In this document: positions 6,549 through 10,497 of the stretch, one piece after another
Position numbering within the stretch: position 1 is the stretch's first letter
Layout: each line of letters opens with the position of its first letter
Assembly (NCBI GenBank): GCA_038127595.1
Contig: JAYPIC010000060.1
Coordinates: forward strand, 1 to 10,497
Source: a bacterium
Lineage (GTDB): Bacteria; Fidelibacterota; Marinisomatia; Marinisomatales; UBA1611
Reading direction: 5' to 3'
DNA length: 10,497 nucleotides
Position numbers and translations under genes: made by a program
The notes under the pieces: model-generated
What the model was told of the DNA's origin: nothing
Databases searched by the model: none
What the model saw: the letters and a program-made list of their open reading frames with translations, nothing else

Positions 6549-8153
6549 TTAATCTATTTTATTCAGTGTTAGAAGAACTCTTTTATTTGGATCGACCTTG
6601 ATATTATTATACTGTGGAATTGCAATCATTGTTGGCTCATTTGTGAGAGCCAATCTTTTTTCAGTAAACCCCGTATTTGATTTATAAAAAACCTCAATAG
6701 GCATTGAAAAGCCTTCGTTTTCCCAAAATAACTCTACAAAAGTATGGTTTGAGCCGTGCTTAATCTTTTTATTTAATACTGGATATTTGTTTTCATACAA
6801 ATACACTTGAAAAAACCAGTCGATATTAGCGTCTATAGTTTTATTAACAATATTAATAAAGTCACTAGTGGAGACTTGATTATTTGGAGACTGTTTTTTT
6901 GAATGTAAAAACTCATCTATAATTTTAAAAAAATAATCATCTCCTATCACATATCTCAACATATGTAAAACATATGCTCCTTTATAATAAGGGTCTAGAC
7001 CCATTATCTGCTTCATAGTCGAATTTCTATCCAACACAACAGGTCTATTCAATGGGATTTTTTGCAGTAAATTTTTCTTAAAAAAATTATTGTATTCATT
7101 TAAACCATGTTTTTCTTCTACGAAAAGCGCTTCACTATAAATGGCAAAACCCTCATGAATCCAAAAATCTGCCCAGTCGCTAACGCTTAAATAATTTCCC
7201 CACCATTCATGTGCTAATTCATGAAATAGTAAAAAATCATATCCTTTATCATTATATTTGTAATCATTGCCATATGCAATGATTGTCTGATGCTCCATAC
7301 CTAAGTATGGAGTGTTGACTATGCCCAGTTTTTCTTTTAACCACGGATATTGACCAAAACTTCTAGTAAAAAAATCTATATATATTTCCGCGTGATCTAA
7401 AAGTTTATCCGCACCTTCTCGATTTTCACCCAAAACAAAAAACTGTGTTTTTAGAGGTTTTTCGAGTGATGGTATAATTCTTTCAACTATTTCAAAATTG
7501 CCAACAGTAAAATTTATATTATAAGGATTGATATTATAATTTGTTTTCCAGTGCCATGTGTGCCATTTATTTTTCAAGTCTGTAACTTTTTGCAAAACAC
7601 CATTAGAAGCAACAGATAAAGGTTTGGTTACGGTAATGTGAATATCTGCACCTTCAGGTTCATCACTTGGGTGTTCTTTGGAAGGGTACCATAAATATGA
7701 TCCATTAGCTTGACATGAAACCCCTACCCATGGGTAACCATCCTGGCTTTTCGTCCATGTAAAACCCCCGCTCCAAGGAGGGTTTTCAGCAATTGGAGGT
7801 TTCCCTTTGTAGTCAACGGTAACAACAATTGTTTTGTTTAACTCAATATCTTGAGCTTTTACAAAAATTTTATTAGCCCGATGCTTAAATGGAGTAGTAA
7901 CACCATCAATCTTAATCTTTGAGATAAAATAATCTTTTAACAAATCAAGTTCTATAAACCTGATTTCATCAATGACTTTTATTTTTATATCTGTGTATCC
8001 TGAAATCATTTTTCTTTTAGCGTCAACTTTAAGTCTAATATCATAGTGAATGATATCTATACCTTGTTGATTTTTTGATAAACCACCTCCAGATGTAACA
8101 TCAATAGAAAACAAGTAAGACAAAAAACTAAGAGCAATAATAATTTTCTTCAT
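6549..8153 (-). CDS. Secreted M1 family zinc aminopeptidase
   Basis: Signal peptide, GMEH variant of the GxMEN exopeptidase motif, HELAH-x18-E zinc motif and YYKGA catalytic Tyr. This is the short form lacking the large C-terminal helical domain. Confidence 0.94.
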   Translation of the reverse strand: MKKIIIALSFLSYLFSIDVTSGGGLSKNQQGIDIIHYDIRLKVDAKRKMISGYTDIKIKVIDEIRFIELDLLKDYFISKIKIDGVTTPFKHRANKIFVKAQDIELNKTIVVTVDYKGKPPIAENPPWSGGFTWTKSQDGYPWVGVSCQANGSYLWYPSKEHPSDEPEGADIHITVTKPLSVASNGVLQKVTDLKNKWHTWHWKTNYNINPYNINFTVGNFEIVERIIPSLEKPLKTQFFVLGENREGADKLLDHAEIYIDFFTRSFGQYPWLKEKLGIVNTPYLGMEHQTIIAYGNDYKYNDKGYDFLLFHELAHEWWGNYLSVSDWADFWIHEGFAIYSEALFVEEKHGLNEYNNFFKKNLLQKIPLNRPVVLDRNSTMKQIMGLDPYYKGAYVLHMLRYVIGDDYFFKIIDEFLHSKKQSPNNQVSTSDFINIVNKTIDANIDWFFQVYLYENKYPVLNKKIKHGSNHTFVELFWENEGFSMPIEVFYKSNTGFTEKRLALTNEPTMIAIPQYNNIKVDPNKRVLLTLNKID

Positions 8154-8605
8154 TTTTGTTTGACCTTGTATTGATATTGATATATTCCTTTGTTTTTATT
8201 GACCTGGATTAAGTTTTCAAAAACAACTTCTGCTTCATTAACAATATCAGAAAAAAGTTTTACCCCTTTACCAAACACATAAGGATGTGGTGTTATATAC
8301 AAATGAGTTAAAAACGGATAAAACCTTGAATATATCTTTCCCCCTCCAGCTATAAAGCATTTTTGAGATTTTACTTTTTGAAGTATTTCTCTTGGATCAT
8401 CGTTTCTATGTACAACAACAACTTCTCTACCAACTAATTCGTTTGAAAGTGTGTGAAAAGTGTTTGAGCCCATAATAACAGGGTGGCCCATTGTTTGTTC
8501 TTTAAAGAGAGGAAGGTCTTTTGTCCACTTTGTTATTTCACTGCTATGCCTGGCAATGAAACCATCCAATGTGACTGCAGCTATTAATATAATTTCAGAT
8601 GGCAA
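8150..8605 (-). CDS. Dihydrofolate reductase family protein (DHFR / RibD-C-terminal-like)
   Basis: IILIAAVTLDGFIA, W..DLPLFKEQTMGHPVIMGSNTF, LVGR, FIAGGGKIY and LYIT motifs; TTG start; stop overlaps the M1 peptidase ATG. Confidence 0.85.
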   Translation of the reverse strand: MPSEIILIAAVTLDGFIARHSSEITKWTKDLPLFKEQTMGHPVIMGSNTFHTLSNELVGREVVVVHRNDDPREILQKVKSQKCFIAGGGKIYSRFYPFLTHLYITPHPYVFGKGVKLFSDIVNEAEVVFENLIQVNKNKGIYQYQYKVKQK

Positions 8606-8632
8606 ATGTGTTTTATAGATGAATTAAAAACT

Positions 8633-10057
8633 TCAACGTGTTTTCTTAGGAATGTATAGATCGGTGACAGTGCCCTCAAATACCTCAGCAGCATTAGCAA
8701 ACGTGTCTCCAAGAGTTGGATGTGGATGAACAGTTAAACTAATATCCTCTGCATCTGCTCCCATTTCTATTGCAAGAGCACCTTCTGATATAAGATCTCC
8801 CGCGTTAGGACCGACTATGCCAACTCCTATTGTTCTTTTCGTGTCTTTATCAAAAAGTATTTTTGTTCTACCTTCGTTTCGTCCCAAAGCAAGAGACTTC
8901 CCACTTGCAGCCCAAGGAAACTCACCTTTTTCATAAGGTATACCACTCTCTTTTGCTTCTGTTTCAGTAACACCAACCCAAGCTATTTCTGGATCTGTAA
9001 AAATAACAGCGGGAATAGCTTTAGCATCAAAAGCAGCTGGGAGTCCACATATGACCTCAGCAGCAACCTTACCCTCATGAGTAGCCTTGTGGGCTAGCAT
9101 TGGATTTCCTACTATATCACCAATAGCAAAAATATTTTTTACACTCGTTTGTTGGTATTTATCTACAGATATAAAACCCTGCTCATTAACTTTAATGTTT
9201 GTCTTATCTACACCCATTTTTTCTGTGTTTGGTTTTCTTCCTACTGAAACTAAAACTTGCTCATATTGTTTAGTTATCTCTTCACCATTTTTTTCCATAG
9301 TAACATCCATCACACCAGACTTTGCTTGTTCTACTTTTGTTATCTTTGTTGATAAATGTATTTCGCTAAATTCTTTTTTCAACTTCCTTGCTAAAGGTTT
9401 TACTAAATCTGGATCAGCACCAGGGAGAAGATTAGGCAGAAATTCTGCCACACTTACACTCGAACCCAAAGCGCTAAAAACTGTTCCCATTTCTAAGCCT
9501 ATATAGCCCCCGCCAATAACCAGAAGACTTTCTGGAATCTTTTTCAAATCAAGCGCTGTTTTTGAGGTTAACACATTTTCATTATCAAAAGGAATCCCAG
9601 GAATAATTGAAGATGAAGAACCAGAAGCAACAACACAATGATCAAAAGTTATTATTTCAGTACTAGATTCACTTTTTAATTGAACTTCATTATCAGATAA
9701 AAAAGTTGCTTCTGCTTGAACGGTGTTAACTTTCCTAGCTTTAGCCATTTGGCCAATGCCACCAGACAACTGAGAAACAACCTTGTTTTTCCAATCACGA
9801 ACTAAGTCAATATCAATGGTTGGCTTGGTAAATGTAACGCCCATTTTTTTTAGCGATTCTGCTTCTTCTAGTACCTTGGCTATGTGCAATAATGTTTTTG
9901 AAGGTATACATCCTCTATTTAGACAAACGCCACCAAGTGTTGGATCTTTATCCACGAGAGTCACCTCACGTCCTAGATCTGCAGCTCTGAATGCTGCTGC
10001 ATAACCACCTGGTCCGGAACCTATTACTAATATATCGGTATGCTTATTGTTAGACAT
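8633..10057 (-). CDS. lpdA: Dihydrolipoyl dehydrogenase (E3)
   Basis: FAD-binding GSGPGG, redox disulfide GGVCLNRGCIPSK, NAD-binding GGGYIGLE, AIGD..G.PMLAHKA and C-terminal HPHPTL; lies directly downstream of an E2 gene. Confidence 0.97.
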   Translation of the reverse strand: MSNNKHTDILVIGSGPGGYAAAFRAADLGREVTLVDKDPTLGGVCLNRGCIPSKTLLHIAKVLEEAESLKKMGVTFTKPTIDIDLVRDWKNKVVSQLSGGIGQMAKARKVNTVQAEATFLSDNEVQLKSESSTEIITFDHCVVASGSSSSIIPGIPFDNENVLTSKTALDLKKIPESLLVIGGGYIGLEMGTVFSALGSSVSVAEFLPNLLPGADPDLVKPLARKLKKEFSEIHLSTKITKVEQAKSGVMDVTMEKNGEEITKQYEQVLVSVGRKPNTEKMGVDKTNIKVNEQGFISVDKYQQTSVKNIFAIGDIVGNPMLAHKATHEGKVAAEVICGLPAAFDAKAIPAVIFTDPEIAWVGVTETEAKESGIPYEKGEFPWAASGKSLALGRNEGRTKILFDKDTKRTIGVGIVGPNAGDLISEGALAIEMGADAEDISLTVHPHPTLGDTFANAAEVFEGTVTDLYIPKKTR

Positions 10058-10063
10058 AAGTTT

Positions 10064-10497
10064 TTACTCAAAAGTTGAAACATCAAGAACAGCGTTAGAA
10101 AAGAAGGATGTGAACGCAGCTCCAATAGCACCATCAACAACTCTATGATCATAAGACAATGAAAAAGGCATCATAAAAGTTGGCACAATTTCTTTGTTTT
10201 TGTGGTCGTACACCGGTTTCCATATACTTTTTGAAACCCCCATAATTGCAACCTCAGGAGGATTAATAATTGGAGTAAAATTCGTTCCGCCTATTCCTCC
10301 TAAACTAGATATTGTAAAACAACCGCCTTTAAACTCATCTGGTTTTAACTTACCAGTTCTAGCTCGCTCACTTAAATCCATCAACTCTTCTGAAAGGCCA
10401 AGTATTGATTTATTGTCTGCGTTTTTAATAACAGGAACAACTAGGCCCGTAGGTGTATCAACAGCAATCCCAATATTATAATAGTTCTTTAAAACCA
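10064..10497 (-). CDS. aceF: Dihydrolipoamide acyltransferase (E2) catalytic domain, AceF-type pyruvate dehydrogenase; 3' part only, starts beyond the right edge
   Basis: The frame is open to the window edge: ...VLKNYYNIGIAVDTPTGLVVPVIKNADNKSILGLSEELMDLSERARTGKL...FTISSLGGIGGTNFTPIINPPEVAIMGVSKS...LSYDHRVVDGA (catalytic DHR..DG). The ORF-track start at 10384 is internal. Confidence 0.9.
   Translation of the reverse strand, partial: VLKNYYNIGIAVDTPTGLVVPVIKNADNKSILGLSEELMDLSERARTGKLKPDEFKGGCFTISSLGGIGGTNFTPIINPPEVAIMGVSKSIWKPVYDHKNKEIVPTFMMPFSLSYDHRVVDGAIGAAFTSFFSNAVLDVSTFE

Noticed and set aside
3796..6601. Small ORFs at 3796-3978, 4329-4547, 5537-5911, 6228-6437 and 6419-6601
   Set aside because: All overlap well-supported GDPD, acylase or peptidase genes in other frames or strands, with no family signature.
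10064..10384. ORF-track 106-aa protein as a complete or truncated E2 gene
   Set aside because: The frame remains open and E2-like to the window edge, so it is a partial gene rather than a pseudogene.
9087..10481. Plus-strand ORFs at 9087-9506, 9783-10004 and 10194-10481
   Set aside because: Antisense shadows of lpdA and the E2 gene.

Overview
AT-rich bacterial DNA with no RNA genes, CRISPR array or mobile element visible. Weak or absent Shine-Dalgarno signals and a signal peptide followed by Gln suggest an FCB-group or Marinimicrobia-like organism (inference only). The window has two converging blocks separated by a bidirectional terminator (3311-3351). The left block (1-3298) looks like a phosphate-starvation locus. 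It contains the 5' end of an OmpR/PhoB-type response regulator that the ORF track missed (minus strand, 1-165), a divergent CYTH/triphosphate-tunnel enzyme, an uncharacterised outer-membrane beta-barrel, and a very acidic 7-bladed beta-propeller lipoprotein resembling the choice-of-anchor I / atypical alkaline phosphatase family. The same 11-bp-periodic direct repeat (yCyTAAyr, Pho-box geometry) lies upstream of both the regulator and the barrel-lipoprotein pair. The right block (minus strand, 3353 to >10497) is a tight gene string: PDH E2 (aceF-type, partial), lpdA, a DHFR-family protein, an M1 aminopeptidase, a penicillin-acylase-family Ntn hydrolase and a glycerophosphodiester phosphodiesterase. 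The best candidate for an undescribed system is the Pho-box-controlled barrel plus propeller lipoprotein module.
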